Part shown: in pieces, positions 1 to 12,039 of the stretch | How positions within the stretch are numbered: position 1 is the first letter of the stretch | Layout: the number at the start of each line of letters is the position of its first letter | Origin: Mobula hypostoma | Taxonomy: Eukaryota | Assembly: GCF_963921235.1 (NCBI RefSeq) | Contig: NC_086097.1 | Span: 8,928,001 to 8,992,000, forward strand | Direction: 5' to 3' | DNA: 64,000 nucleotides | Made by a program: the position numbers and the translations under genes | Notes under the pieces: model-generated | Seen by the model: only the letters and a program-made list of their open reading frames with translations | What the model was told of the DNA's origin: nothing | Databases searched by the model: none

Positions 1-162
1 ATTGGATCCAGGGTAACAATTATTTTGTTCTCCTTTACACTTGTGTACTGGAAATGACATGAAACAAACTACTCTTGAATCTTGTTTGTACACGTGGTTG
101 TCCCAGATGTTGGACTTCTGCACACCCTGCCCAGTTACTGGTGAAAACAACAAGTAGATATA

Positions 163-351
163 CAACACACATCAAAGTTGCTGGTGAATGCAGCAGGCCA
201 GGCAGCATCTCTAGGAAGAGGTACAGTCGACGTTTCGGGCCAGGACCTCGACTGTACCTCTTCCTAGAGATGCTGCCTGGCCGGATGCATTCACCAGCAA
301 CTTTTATGTGTGTTGCTTGAAATTCCAGCATCTGCAGATTTCCTCGTGTTT
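163..351. mobile_element. Fold-back (hairpin) mini-element derived from the 3' end of a Penelope-like element
   Basis: Inverted arms at about 163-230 and 248-315 match the 3' end of the long PLE copies (49699-49804). Flanked by the direct repeat TAGATATACAA at 155-165 and 355-365. Confidence 0.85.
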
Positions 352-1142
352 AACTAGATATACAAGTTTTTGTAGAGAATTCATTTATGATAAAAACTTG
401 TTTTGTCATTAATGATTCCCTTGCCAACTCAATATTCACAAATCTGGAGATTGTGATAACAACTTACTATAAATATTTATAGCACAATTCCTAATCTAAC
501 GAAAGATGTTTACGTTTCACAACATTGGTTCAACAGGCAAGGACCTCAGCTAATGATGAACCTGATAATTTTGCCAGTGCTGAAATGGCACATCTTGAGG
601 AGCAAGACATCTCTGAGATAACAGTAGAAGAGTGACAAGAGTTATATCTTAATCAATGGTTTGCACCACTGAGCTCAACAGTGGGAGGCAGAGCAAATGC
701 CCGAGTGCACATATCAGCTACAGTTCTCAAGAGCAGCAAAGACAGAGAAGAGGAATTTAAGCAGGAGTCAGATGGATAAAAGGCTGGTTATGAATGGAAC
801 AAGGACAGAGACAAAACACTGTCATGAGGGAGAAAGAGAGATGAATATTACATTGCAAAAGAGATTTCCTTTTAAATATGATCTTGATATTTGAGAAACT
901 GCTGCAAGTCAGCAGTAATATTAGCAGTAAAAATGCTGGAATCTATAATCAAGGATGATAACAGAGGATGTTGAAAATATAGCATTGAGCTGAGTCAGCA
1001 AAAGAAGATTATGACGAGCTAATCTGCCGTATTTCTTCAAGAACAAGTCTCGTAGAATAGACAAGGGATGGATTTAAATGTTGAAACGGCCTTTCAATTA
1101 GGTCCTATATGAGATTGGTCAGCAAAGTTAGAGTGCATGGCA

Positions 1143-1640
1143 TTCAAGTTCAAGTTGAATGTTATTGTCGTCTAACTATCCATATACAACCAAATGAAAC
1201 AATGTTCCTCTGGACCACAGTTTACCCACAAATCATATGTTACAGACAGCACATAAAACATTTCCACAAATAAGTTAGCAAAATATAACGCAAAATGCAT
1301 GTAGCGAGCAGCAAAGGTAAACAGAAAACAGTTCAGTAAACAGTCCTGATGTCCTGATGAAGGGTCTGGGCCCTAAACATCGAATGTATGTTCCCATCCA
1401 TACATGTTGCCTAACCTGCTGAGCTCCTCCAGCATTTTGAGTGTATTGCAGTAAACAGTCAACAGCTCACTGTCCTAATGACAAGACTTCATGGTGGCAA
1501 GGTATTCATTAGTCTCACAGCCTGAGGGAAGAAGCTGTTACCCAGTCTGGCAGCCCTAGTCCTAATACTTCTGTACCATCTTCCTGACAGTGGTGGATCG
1601 AAGAGATTGTGGGATGGATGGTAGGGATCCTCAGCAAGAC
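1143..1640 (-). mobile_element. Rex1/Babar-type LINE 3' fragment
   Basis: Short tandem tail (ttcaagttcaag) plus the gggaagaagctgtt...ctgtaccatcttcctga block shared with other Rex1-type 3' ends in the window. Confidence 0.6.
1346..1448 (+). mobile_element. PLE-derived mini-insertion (degenerate hammerhead plus 3' segment)
   Basis: Begins CTGATGTCCTGATGAAGGGTCTGGGCCCTAAACATCG. Exact 12-bp TSD CAGTAAACAGTC at 1334-1345 and 1449-1460. Confidence 0.8.
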
Positions 1641-2002
1641 AACAACAGGGTAACACACTGATACAAATTGTTTTCTATCTAATAACCAATTCACAGAGGG
1701 GGAATGAATGGATCCTTTCTGGGTTGGCAGGCTGTGATTGGTGGGGTACTATAGGGTTCAGTGCTTGGGACCCAGCTACCACAATTGATATCAAATAGTT
1801 GACTGAAGGGAGTTGAATGTCATATTTCAACCTTTGCTGATGGTACTAACAAAATGGGTTGATGAGGACGTGAAGCAATTCCCAGAGAGATGTGAGCAAT
1901 GAAATAAATGTGAGCTGATGAAATAATATCTACAAAAATGTCATGTTTTTCATTTGATGGGAAAAATAGAAAAGCAGTATGGTTAAATTTCAAACAAGAG
2001 AA

Positions 2003-2168
2003 TATCTGCAGATGTTGGAAATCCAAGCAACACACAAAATGTTGGAGAAACTCAGACGGCCTTTCACCAGTCACACTGAAGGGTTTCGGCCGGAAACATC
2101 GACTGTACGTTTTTCTTCAGGTGCTGCCTGGCCTGATGAGTTCCAGTGTATTTTGTGTGTTGCTTGGT
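2003..2168. mobile_element. Degenerate PLE-derived fold-back element
   Basis: Inverted arms ccaagcaacacacaaaat... and ...attttgtgtgttgcttgg around a hammerhead remnant (ctgaagggtttcggccggaaacatcgactg). Confidence 0.7.
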
Positions 2169-2220
2169 TCTACTTCATTTTAAGTAACAGGAGATCGGGT
2201 AGTGATGACGCCCAAAGGTG

Positions 2221-2408
2221 TTCAGAAGTTCAAAGTAAACTTCCTATCAAAGTACATCTACATCACCGTGTACTGCCCTGAGATTCATTTTCTTGCAGGC
2301 ATTCACAGTAAACACAAAGAAACACAATAGAATCAATGAACAACAGCACACAAGACACATAACGATCCAATGTGCAAAAGACAACAAACTGTGCATATAT
2401 AAAAAGAA

Positions 2409-2441
<33 letters not shown>

Positions 2442-2700
2442 GCAATAAATATTGAAAACATGAGATGAGGAGTCCTTGAAAGTGAGTCCATAAGTTGTAG
2501 GAACAGTTCAGTGATGGGGTGAGTGAGGTTGAGTGAAGTTATTCTTTCTGGTTCAAGAGCCTGGTGGCTGAGGGGTAATAACTGTTCCTGAACCTGACGG
2601 TGTGAGGCCTGAGAATCCTCTACCTCCTTCCTGATGGCAGCAGCAAGAAAAGAGTATGACTTGGATGGTGCGGGTTTCTGATAATGGATGCTACTTTCCA
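2221..2700 (-). mobile_element. Rex1/Babar-type LINE 3' fragment containing an (AAT)n tract at about 2409-2440
   Basis: aagttcaaagtaaa tail and the ctacctccttcctgatggcagcag block recur at about 21000, 27000 and 30135. Confidence 0.6.
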
Positions 2701-5700
2701 CAGGAAAATTGCTACAAGAGGATTTTAACATAGAAGGAGGTATTTGGCCATGGCGAGACCACACCTGAACTGTATTGCAAAGTTTTGACCTGTTGACCGA
2801 TGAAAAGACCATGTTACCCAAGTATTGGCAGAGGGAAAGCCATAAACATTCACTATGCTGGGTCTATGGATAGCAACTTTGCCACGTTTGGAAAGGTTAA
2901 CTGGCCTTGGCCAATCCCACAGCATTCATTATCTCTTCTCACCTTTCATGTTCAGCAGAAGATACTACGGTTTGTGCACATAACACTACCCCCCGTCACC
3001 TAGGATATGCCATCTTCTCATTGCTACCGTCAAGGAGGAGGTACAGGACCCTGAAGACACACAATCAACATTGTAGGAACAGTTTCTTAGACCATAAGAC
3101 CATAAGATATAGAAGCATAATTAGGTCATCTGGCCCTTCGAGTTTGCTCCGCCATTCAATCATGGCTGATCCTTTTTTTCTTCTCCTCAACCCCAATTCC
3201 TGGTCTTCTCCCCGTAACCTTTGATGCTGTGTCCAATTAAGATCCTATCAATCTCTGCCTTAAATACACCCAGCAACCTGGCCTCCACAGCTGCATGTGA
3301 CAACAAATTCTACAAATTCACCACCCTTTAGCTAAAGAAATTTATCCTCATCTCTGTTTTGAAAAGGCGCCCCTCTATCCTGAGGCTGTGCCCTCTTGTC
3401 CTAGACTTTCCCACCATGGGAACATTCTTTCCACATCTACTTTGTCTAGGCCTTTCAACGTTTGAAAGGTTTCAATGAGATCCCCCCTCATCCTTTTAAA
3501 TTCCTGCAAGTACAGACCCAGAGCCATCAAATGTTCGTCATGTGATAACCCTTTCATTCCTGGAATCATCCTTGTGAACCTCCTCTGGACTCTTTCCAAT
3601 GCCAGCACATCTTTTCTAAGGCGAAGGGCCCAATACAGTTCACAATACTCAAGATGAGGCCTCACCAGTGCCTTATGAAGCCTCAGCATCACATACTTGC
3701 TCTTATGTTCTAGATCTCTTGAAATTAATGCTAACATGGCAATTGCCTTCCTCACCGCTGACTCAACCTGCAAATTAACTTTAGGGTGCTCTGCACAAGG
3801 ACTCCCAAGTCCCTTTGCATCTCAGATTTTTAGATGTTCTCCCCATTTAGAAAATAATCTACACATTTATTTCTATTACCAAAGTGCATGACAATGCATT
3901 TTCCAACATTGTATTTCATTTGCCATTTTCTTTCCCATTCTCCTAATCTGTCTAAGTCCTTCTGCATCCTACCTGTTTCCTCAACAATACCTGCCCCTCC
4001 ACCAACCTTTGTATCATCTGCAAACTTGGCAACAAAGCCACCTATTCTATCATCTAGATCATTTATATACAGCATAAAAAGAAGTGATCCCAACACCAAC
4101 CCTTGTGGAAAACCACTAGTCACTGACAACCAACCAGAAAAGGATCCTTTTATTCCCACTCGCTACCAATCAGTCAATGGTCTAACCACGTTAATAACCT
4201 TCCTGTAATACCATTGGCTCTTAACTTGATAAGCAGCCTCATGTGTGGCACCTTGTCAAAGGCCTGAAAGTCCAAATATACAAGATCTACTGCATCCCCT
4301 TTATCTATCCTACTTGTAATCTCCTCTAAGAATTCCAGCAGGTTCGTTAAGCAGGATTTTCCCTAAAGGAAACCTTGCTGACTTTGTATTATCTTGTCCT
4401 GTGTCACCAAGTACTCCATCACCTCATCCTTAACAATCAACTCTAACATCTTCACAACCACTGAGGTCAGGCTAACTGGTCTATAACTTCCTTTCTGCTG
4501 CCTTCCTCCTTTCTTAAATAGTGGAGTGACATTTTCAAATCTCCAGTCCTCTGGCACCGTGCCAGGATCCAATGACTTTTAAAAGATCATTTCTAATGCC
4601 ACCACAATCTCTAACACTACCTCTTTCAGAACCCTGGGTGCAGTTCATCTGGTCTAGGTGACTTATGTACCTTTAGATCTTTCAGCTTTTTGAGCACCTT
4701 CTCTCTTGTAATGGTAACTGCACCCACTTCTCTTCCTTCACACACTGCAACATTAGGCATACTGCTGTGTGTCTTCCACAGTGAAGACTGATGCAAAATA
4801 ATCATATACTTCATCAGCCGTCTCCTGTCCCCCATAATTATTTCTCCTGCCTCATTTTCTAATGATACTATATCCATTCTCATTTCTCTTTTATTTTTAA
4901 CATACTTGAAAAAACTTTTACTATCCACTTTGATGTTAATTGCTAGCTTGCATTCATATTTCATCTTTTCCCTTCTAATTATTTTATTAGTGGCTTTCTG
5001 TAGAATTTTAAAATCTTCCCAATACTTTATCTTCCCACTAATTTTTGCTTTGTTGTATGCCCTTTCTTTTGCTTTTACAATAGCTTTGACATCCCTTGTC
5101 AGCCATGGATGTACTATTTTACCATTTGAATATTTCTTCATTTTTGGAATACATATATGTTCTGCACTTTCCTCATTTTTTCCCCAGAAATGCATGCCCT
5201 TGCTGCTCTGCTGACATCCCTGCCAGCAGCTCCTTCCAACTTACTTTGGCCAACTCCTCTCTCATACTACTGTAATTTCTAGTACTTCATTGAAATATTG
5301 CTACACCAGACTTTACTTTCTCCCAATCAAATTTCAAGTTAAACTCAGTCATATTGTGATCACTGATTACAAAGGATTCGTTTACCTTAAGCTCCATAAT
5401 CACCTCCGGTTCATTACATAATACTCAATCCAGTATAGCTGATCCCCTTGTAGGTTCAATGACAAACAGCTCTAAAAAGCCATCTCTTAGGCATTCAACA
5501 AACTCATTGTCTTGAGATCCATTACCAACCTGATTTTCCCAATCAACCTGCATGTTAAAATCTCCCATGACTACCGTAATATTGCCCTTTTGACTTGCCT
5601 TTTCTATTTCCTGTTGTAACCTGTGGTCCATCTCCTAGCCTCTGCAAGGAGACCTGTATATAACTGTTATCAACGTCCGCTTACCCTTGCAGTTTCTTAA

Positions 5701-5858
5701 CTCAAGCCACAAGGATTCAACATTTTCTGAACCTATGTCGCATCTTTACCAGTAAAGCCACACCACCCCCTCTGCCTACCTTCCTATACCTCCTATATAA
5801 TGTGTAACCTTGGACATTCAGCTCCCAACTACAACCATTCTTCAGCCATGATTCAATG

Positions 5859-8100
5859 ATAGAACATAGAACATAGAACATAGAATAGTACAGCACAGTA
5901 CAGGCCCTTCTGCCCACATTGTTGTGCCGACCCTCAAACCCTGCCTCCCGTATAACCCCCCAACTTAAATTCCTCCATATACCTGTCTAGTAGTCTCTTA
6001 AATTTTACTAGTGTATCTGCCTCCACCACTGACTCAGGCAAGGTATTCCACACACCAACTACTCTCTGAGTAAAAAAACCTTCCTGTAATACCCCCCCTT
6101 GAAATTCCCACCCCTTAACTTACAACCATGTCCCCTTGTATTGAGCAGTGGTGCCCTGGTGAAGAGGTGCTGGCTATCCACTCTATCTATTCCTCTTATT
6201 ATCTTGTATATCTCTATCATGTCTCCTCTCATCCTCCTTCTCTCCAAAGAGTAAAGCCCTAGCTCCCTTAATCTCTGATCATAATCCATACTCTTTGAAC
6301 CAGGTAGCATCTTGGTAAATCTCCTCTGTACCTTTTCCAATGCTTCCAAGTCCTTCCTATAGTGAGGCAACCAGAAATGGATACAGTACTCCAAGTGTGG
6401 CCTAACCAGAGTTTTATAGAGCTGTATCATTACCTCGCAACTCTTAAAATCTATCTCTCGACTTATGAAAGCTAACATCCCTTAAGCTCTCTTAAATACC
6501 CTATCTACCTGTGAGGCAACTTTCAGGGATCTGTGGACATGTGCACCCAGATCCCTCTGCTCCTCCACACTACCAAGTATCCTGCCATTTACTTTGTACT
6601 CTGCCTTGGAGTTGTCCTTCCAAAGTATACCACCTCACATTTCTCTGGTTTGAACTCCATCTGCCACTTTTCAGCCCACTTCTGCAACCTGTCAATGTCT
6701 CTCTGCAATCTTTGACAATCCTCTACACTATCCACAACACCACCAACCTTTGTGTTGTCTGCAAACTTACCAATCCACTCTTCTACCCCCACATCCATAT
6801 CGTTAATAAAAATCACGAAAAGTAGAGGTCCCAAAACCAATCCTTGTGGGACACCACTAGTCACAACCCTCCAATCCAAATGTACTCCCTCCACCATGAC
6901 CCTTTGCCTTCTGCAGGCAAGCCAATTCTGAATCCACCTGGCCAAATTTCCCTGGATCCCATGCCTTCTGACTTTCTGAATAAGCCTACCGTGTGGAACC
7001 TTGTCAAATGCCTTACTAAAATCCATATAGATCACATCCACTGCACTACCTTCATCTATATGCCTGGTCACCTCCTCAAAGAACTCTATCAGGCTTGTTA
7101 GACACGATCTGCCCTTCACAAAGCTATGCTGACTGTCCCTGATCAGACCATGATTCTCTAAATGCCCATAGATCCTACCTCTAAGAATCTTTTCCAACAG
7201 CTTTTTTTAGATTAGATTATGAGGACACGCAGTCCTCTTTTATTGTCATTTAGTAATGCATGCATTAAGAAATAATACAATATTCCTTCGGTGTGACACT
7301 GAAACACAGGACAGACCAAAACTGAAAAACTAACGAAAACCACATAATTATAACATATAGTTACAACAGTGCAACAATACCATAACTTGATGAAGAGCTG
7401 GCCATTACACAGTAAAAAAGATCAAAGTCTCTCGAATGTCCCACATCTCACGCAGACGGGAGAAGGAAGAAAACTCTCCCTGCCATACCCGACCACAGTC
7501 TGACTCTGAGTCGTCCGAAAACTTCGAGCCTCCGATCAGCCTCTGGCACCAAGTACCGAGCACCATCTCTATCTGAACGCTTCGACCTCAGCCTCGGTTG
7601 CCAGCAGCAGGCAAAGCCGGGGATTTTGGCGGCTTCTGTCCGGAAGATTCTCGATCGTCCAGTAACAGCAGCAGCGAACCGGCGTTTCAGAAATTTCTCC
7701 AGATGTTCCTCTGTGCTTTCACGTCTGTCTCCATCAAATCAGAATTGTCCATGGCCCCTATTTAACAGATACGATATCATTTCACCGGAGAGCTGCGCGT
7801 GCTGCGTCGCGCTGCCATCTGCTCCTCCTGCCGATATTTCCCACCACAGACGTAAGGCTCACTGGTCTATAATTACCCAGAGTACTCTACTACCTTTTTT
7901 CAACAAGCGGACAGCATTCGCCTCCTTCCAATCCTCCGGTACCATTCCCATAGACAACGAGGACATAAAGATACTAGTCAGAGGCTCAGCAATCCCTTCC
8001 CTCACCTCCTGGAGCAGCCTGGGGTATATTCCATCAGGTCCCGGGGACTTATCCGTCCTAATGTATTTTAACAGCTCCAGCTCCTCCCTTCCATAATATC
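5859..8100 (-). mobile_element. 5'-truncated CR1 LINE nested in the endonuclease region of another CR1
   Basis: Tail (ATAGAAC)x3 at about 5859-5885. RT ORFs 6059-6478 and 6589-7197 (QHSFVKGRSCLTSL, DFSKAFDKVPH, GVPQGLVLGPLLF, KFADNTK). Confidence 0.9.
7208..7832 (-). mobile_element. Non-autonomous retroelement with a Rex1-like 3' end, inserted into the nested CR1
   Basis: On the minus strand it starts GC-rich (agatggcagcgcgacgcag) and ends aatgacaataaaagagg...(aatct)n. It interrupts the CR1 sequence cagcttt|cccaccacagac. A second partial copy lies at about 60017-60305. Confidence 0.7.
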
Positions 8101-9505
8101 AACAACATCATACCTAGCAAGCTGTAATAGAGCAACAAGTTCGTCCACCTTACTTCTTATACTACACACTTTTAGTTACGAAACCTTGTGTACAGTATTT
8201 GCTATCTTTTCTGATTCTGCATCACTAATGTTTTGATACTCACCCTGTTAGCTGCAATTTTGTCCCATTACCTGCCTGCCCTTCCTGACAATCTGAGTAC
8301 AAGTTATCTTTACTTTTTTACCATCCGTCCTATCCTGAGTCCCTGCATTCCAGATCCCTTCCCCCTGCCAAGTTAGTTTAAACCCTCCCCGACAGCTCTC
8401 ACAAACCCGCTTGGTGCAACCCATCACTTTTGAAGAGATCCCAATGATCCAAGATATCCTGACGTCCTGCCCCCTGCATCAGCTTTTCATCCACATATTT
8501 ATCTGCCAAATCATCCTGTTTCTACCCTCACTGGTGCATGGCACAGGCAACAATCCAGAAATTACTACCTGGGAGGTCCTGCTTCTCAGCTTTCTACCTA
8601 GTTCTCTAAATTTTCTTTTCAGGACCTCATTGCTTTTCCTTCCTATGTATTGGCACCATTATGTACCAAGACATTTGGCTGCTCCCCCTCCCTCTCCAAA
8701 ATATTGCGGACGTGATCTGAGACATCCCTGACCCTGGCACCTGGGAGGCAACATACCATCCGGGTGTCCTGTTTATGTCCACAGAATCTCCTGTCTGTTC
8801 CCCTCACTGTCGAAGTCCCCTATCACTACAGCTCCCTTCTTCTCTCTTTTTCCCTTCTGCACCACGGACCCTGTAACCCAGTCGCCGTGGCATTCTCCCA
8901 GGAGGTCATCCCCCACAAAAGTATCCAAAGCGGTATACTTGCTTTTGAGGGGAATGGCCACATAGGTGATCTGCTCTTACTGCCTATTTCCATTTCTCCT
9001 GACAGTCACCCAGCTACTCGTCTCCTGCAACTTCGGGATGACTACTTCCCTGTAACTTTGATCAATTATCTCGTCAGTCTCCCATACAAGCCAAAGGTCA
9101 TCCATTTGCTGCTCCAGGTCCCTAACACGGTCTTCAAGGAGCTGCAGTCGGATGCACTTCATGCAGATGTAGTTCCCTGGGAGACTCTGGGTCTCCCAGT
9201 TCTCCAACATCTGGCAGGAAGAACACACCACAGCAATTTAAGAGGTACAGTAAGAGAGGAAAAAAAACAAAAAGGAAACCTTAACAGACACTTTACACAG
9301 AGCCAACCCCTCTTCCGAGCCAAAGCCTTGTTTGAACCAAAGCCTGTTGCTTCTACTCTTGCCACTGGCCTCCTCCCGACAATGGTCATCCCGTTCATCC
9401 CTTCTCTACTTTTACTTAGCTCGCAGAGCTCTGTTGATGCCCCTGATAGGCCCCGTACAAATCTTCCCCACCACCATAAGTTTTCTGAATGGACAATGAC
9501 ACCAA

Positions 9506-9742
9506 TGTGGTAAACCGTATATATATATATATGTTGTAACTGGGTTATCTGTCTGGACACGCCCCTCTACTGACTGCCCCGTGGCTCCTCCCACAGACCC
9601 CTGAATAAAGGCAATTGTGCCACTGCTCCTCCTTCAGTCCAGGGCAGATACTCAGCATGGTCGAGATTGCATTTTACTGCTAATAAAGGCCTTTCAGTAT
9701 TTACTCCACTTCCAGTCTCTTGGAGTAATTGATAGTGCATCA
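9506..9742 (+). mobile_element. Solo LTR (probably Gypsy-type)
   Basis: TG...CA termini (TGTGGTAAAC...GATAGTGCATCA), internal AATAAA at about 9685, flanks ACCAA/ACCAG, and it splits a Rex1-type 3' UTR. Confidence 0.65.
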
Positions 9743-9798
9743 ACCAGGAACACTGCCTCACTGCAGTAGTTATTTTACTTTTTATATACTACAAATGG

Positions 9799-10047
9799 AG
9801 TACTGCGAAAAGTCTTGGGCTCATATATTTAGCTAGTGTGCCTGAGACTTTTGCAGAGTACTGTATATTATGTCTTTCCGGGTTTCAACTTAATACCACT
9901 GCGCTAATGCAAAGTTAGTTATTGTTTCTGTTTTGTTTTTGTTTTTGTTTCCCAACCACTCTCCAATTTTGACGAATATATAGTACTGTGCAAAAATCTT
10001 ATGCACTCTAGCTATATATATGCACTTAAGACTTTTGCACAGTGCTG
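9799..10047. mobile_element. Pair of about 65-bp palindromic Tc1-type MITE units (9799-9863 and 9982-10047)
   Basis: Variants of the palindrome AGTACTGTGCAAAAGTCTT...AAGACTTTTGCACAGTACTG next to TA. The same unit occurs at about 19788, 20400 and 62774. Confidence 0.65.
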
Positions 10048-10302
10048 TATGCATAAAAGTACAAAGTAAATTTATTTGTCAAGGTACATATATGTCGCCA
10101 TATATAACCCTGAGATTCATTTCCCTGTGGGCATACTCAGCTAGTCTATAGAATAGTAATTGTAACAAGATCAATGAACAACAACCAAATGAGGGCTTTC
10201 AATCATACATATTTCTTACTGTAATTTATTGTTTTTTTATTATGTATTGCACTGTGCAACTGCCACAAAACAACCAATTTCACAACATATGCCCGAGATA
10301 TT

Positions 10303-10493
10303 AACACACACAAAAAATGCTGGTGAACGCAGCAGGCCAGGCAGCATCTATAGGAAGAGGCACAGTCGACCCGAGATTGGCCCAAAACGTCGACTGTGCC
10401 TCTTCCTATAAATGCTGCCTGGCCTGCTGCATTCACCAGCATTTTTTGTGTGTGTTGCTTGAATTTCCAGCATCTGCAGACTTCCTCGTGTTT
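10303..10493. mobile_element. Near-perfect PLE-derived fold-back mini-element
   Basis: 68-nt arms 10303-10370 and 10389-10456 with two mismatches and an 18-nt loop, followed by the unpaired PLE tail. Inserted in a Rex1-type tail with GATATTA duplicated on both sides. Confidence 0.9.
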
Positions 10494-11204
10494 CCACTGA
10501 TATTAAATCTGATTCCGTTTCTGATTTTGATTCAGAGATAGTTTCTATCCTACTGTTATCAGACTCTTAAGTAGTTCTCCAACACCCAATAGATGAAGTG
10601 ACCCTTGCACTTTATTTATTTTTCTGGAATGCATTCTCTCTGTAGCTACTCCATGATACTGTGCATTTTTTTCCTTTCACTTCCTCGGTGTCATTAAGTA
10701 TGACATGAATTGTCTGCATGACACACAAACACAAATTTTTTCACTGTATCTCAGTATATCTGACAATAATAAACTAATTGGATTCAGTGTAGTCTCTCGA
10801 GTTTGAATGAATGAGAGGGTATCCCATTAAAATGATTTCCATCAGAGCCGCTCGCATGAGTTGCCTTCTTAATGGTGCCCTGGAAGGCACACACTCAGTT
10901 GTTCAGAAACAGCTTCTTCTCCTCTGCCGTCTGACTTCTGAATGGGCATTGAAACCATGAACAATTCCTCACTACTTTTTTGCATTACTGATATAAATTA
11001 TTATATATATAATTTTTTTTACTGTAATTCACCGTTTTATTGTTAAGCATTGCAATATATTGCTGCAGCTAAACAACAAATTTCACAACATATGCTGGAG
11101 ATATTAAACCTGATTCTGATTCTGAAATTTATACATTGGATGCTGAGGAATTTGAAGCTAATGTTAATAAAATCTGGGATAGGCTGCCAGTATCGATTAG
11201 GATT

Positions 11205-11418
11205 AGGCCACAGGAAACAGTTGAGGCCAGTTCATTGGCTATATTCAAGAGGGAGTTAGATATGGCCCTTGTGGCTATGGGGGTCAGGGGGTATGGAGGG
11301 AAGGCTGGGGCGGGGTTCTGAGTTGGAGGATCAACCATGATCATAATAAATGGTGGTGCAGGCTCGAAGGGCCGAATGGCCTACTCCTGCACCTATTTTC
11401 TATGTTTCTATGTTTCTA
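11205..11418 (+). mobile_element. CR1 3' end
   Basis: Closely matches the 3' end of the CR1 at 61525-62422 (VEASSLAIFKRELDMALVA; tail ttctatgtttctatg). Confidence 0.85.
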
Positions 11419-12039
11419 TCAATAGGAGGGAAAATTTCTTCATGGAAAGCATTTTAAATCTTTGGAATTTTCTTCCCTACTGAAATGTGGAGATCCTTTT
11501 ATGAATTCATTCGTAAGAGGCTCATAGATTTCTGGTTATTCTGACCATTATAATAGTGCAAGTAAATAGCTCTGAAACAAAAGGTCAGCCATGATCTTTT
11601 TGAGTATGAGAGGTGCACTAGGGACAAAATTTCCTCCTGCTGCTTCGATTTATGATTTAATATAGTTACGTGGAAGACATCTCATATAGAGGTGTTAGAT
11701 TTCTTCTTCTGTGAAGCCTTTGTAAACAAGTTGGATTTCCATTATATTCACAGTCATTTTAACAGATGATTACACATCAGACATACTGACTGGAAAGTGA
11801 TGATATTCAGAATGAAGAGAGCATGTTTTAGCTTGAGCAATATTGCAGTAAGAAAGTAGTTACCTATTAAACCCCAGCTCTGTCTCACCAATGCCATGTA
11901 CTGTATCATTAAATTAAATGGAAACGAAAATTAGATACATCTTAAAAGGTATCCTAATATTTTTTTCTTTTTTTACATTGATTCTCCATGAAAGTTACTC
12001 TTAAAATGCCAGGATTCCCAAAATGGTCAATTTGCACCT

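Larger units (their letters stand above)
940..2830 (+). mobile_element. Old, fragmented CR1-type LINE ORF2 relic interrupted by younger insertions
   Basis: Degenerate pieces resemble the CR1 RT region seen elsewhere in the window (ggatcctttctgggttggcaggctgtga...tttgctgatg at about 1710-1845; gaccacacctgaactgt at about 2757). Confidence 0.6.
3090..9450 (-). mobile_element. Near-full-length degenerate CR1 LINE (ORF1 and APE-RT ORF2), split by a nested CR1 at about 5859-8100
   Basis: 3' tail accataagaccataag at about 3090. ORF2 pieces: VRPHLEYC...LERVQRRFTRMIP (3375-3773), PQGLVLG...KFADDTK (3830-4159), YRPVSLTS (4363-4572), APE motif VMGDFN (5425-5631). Resumes near 8101. ORF1 pieces: CSSCQM...CMKCIRLQLLEDRVRDLEQQ (8977-9231) and esterase-like VVIGD (8773-8961). 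Confidence 0.85.

Noticed and set aside
35..331. Mirror-image ORFs on both strands (35-331, 75-320; likewise 10203-10541)
   Set aside because: They are artefacts of the palindromic PLE hairpins, not genes.
5859..5885. Short tandem repeats (ATAGAAC, GACTT, AATTC, ACATAGAA units) as possible arrays
   Set aside because: These are the normal 3' microsatellite tails of CR1 and Rex1 LINEs. There is no spacer structure, so they are not CRISPR-like.
8764..9513. 249-aa plus-strand ORF
   Set aside because: Antisense shadow of CR1 ORF1 and 5' UTR; no independent protein features.
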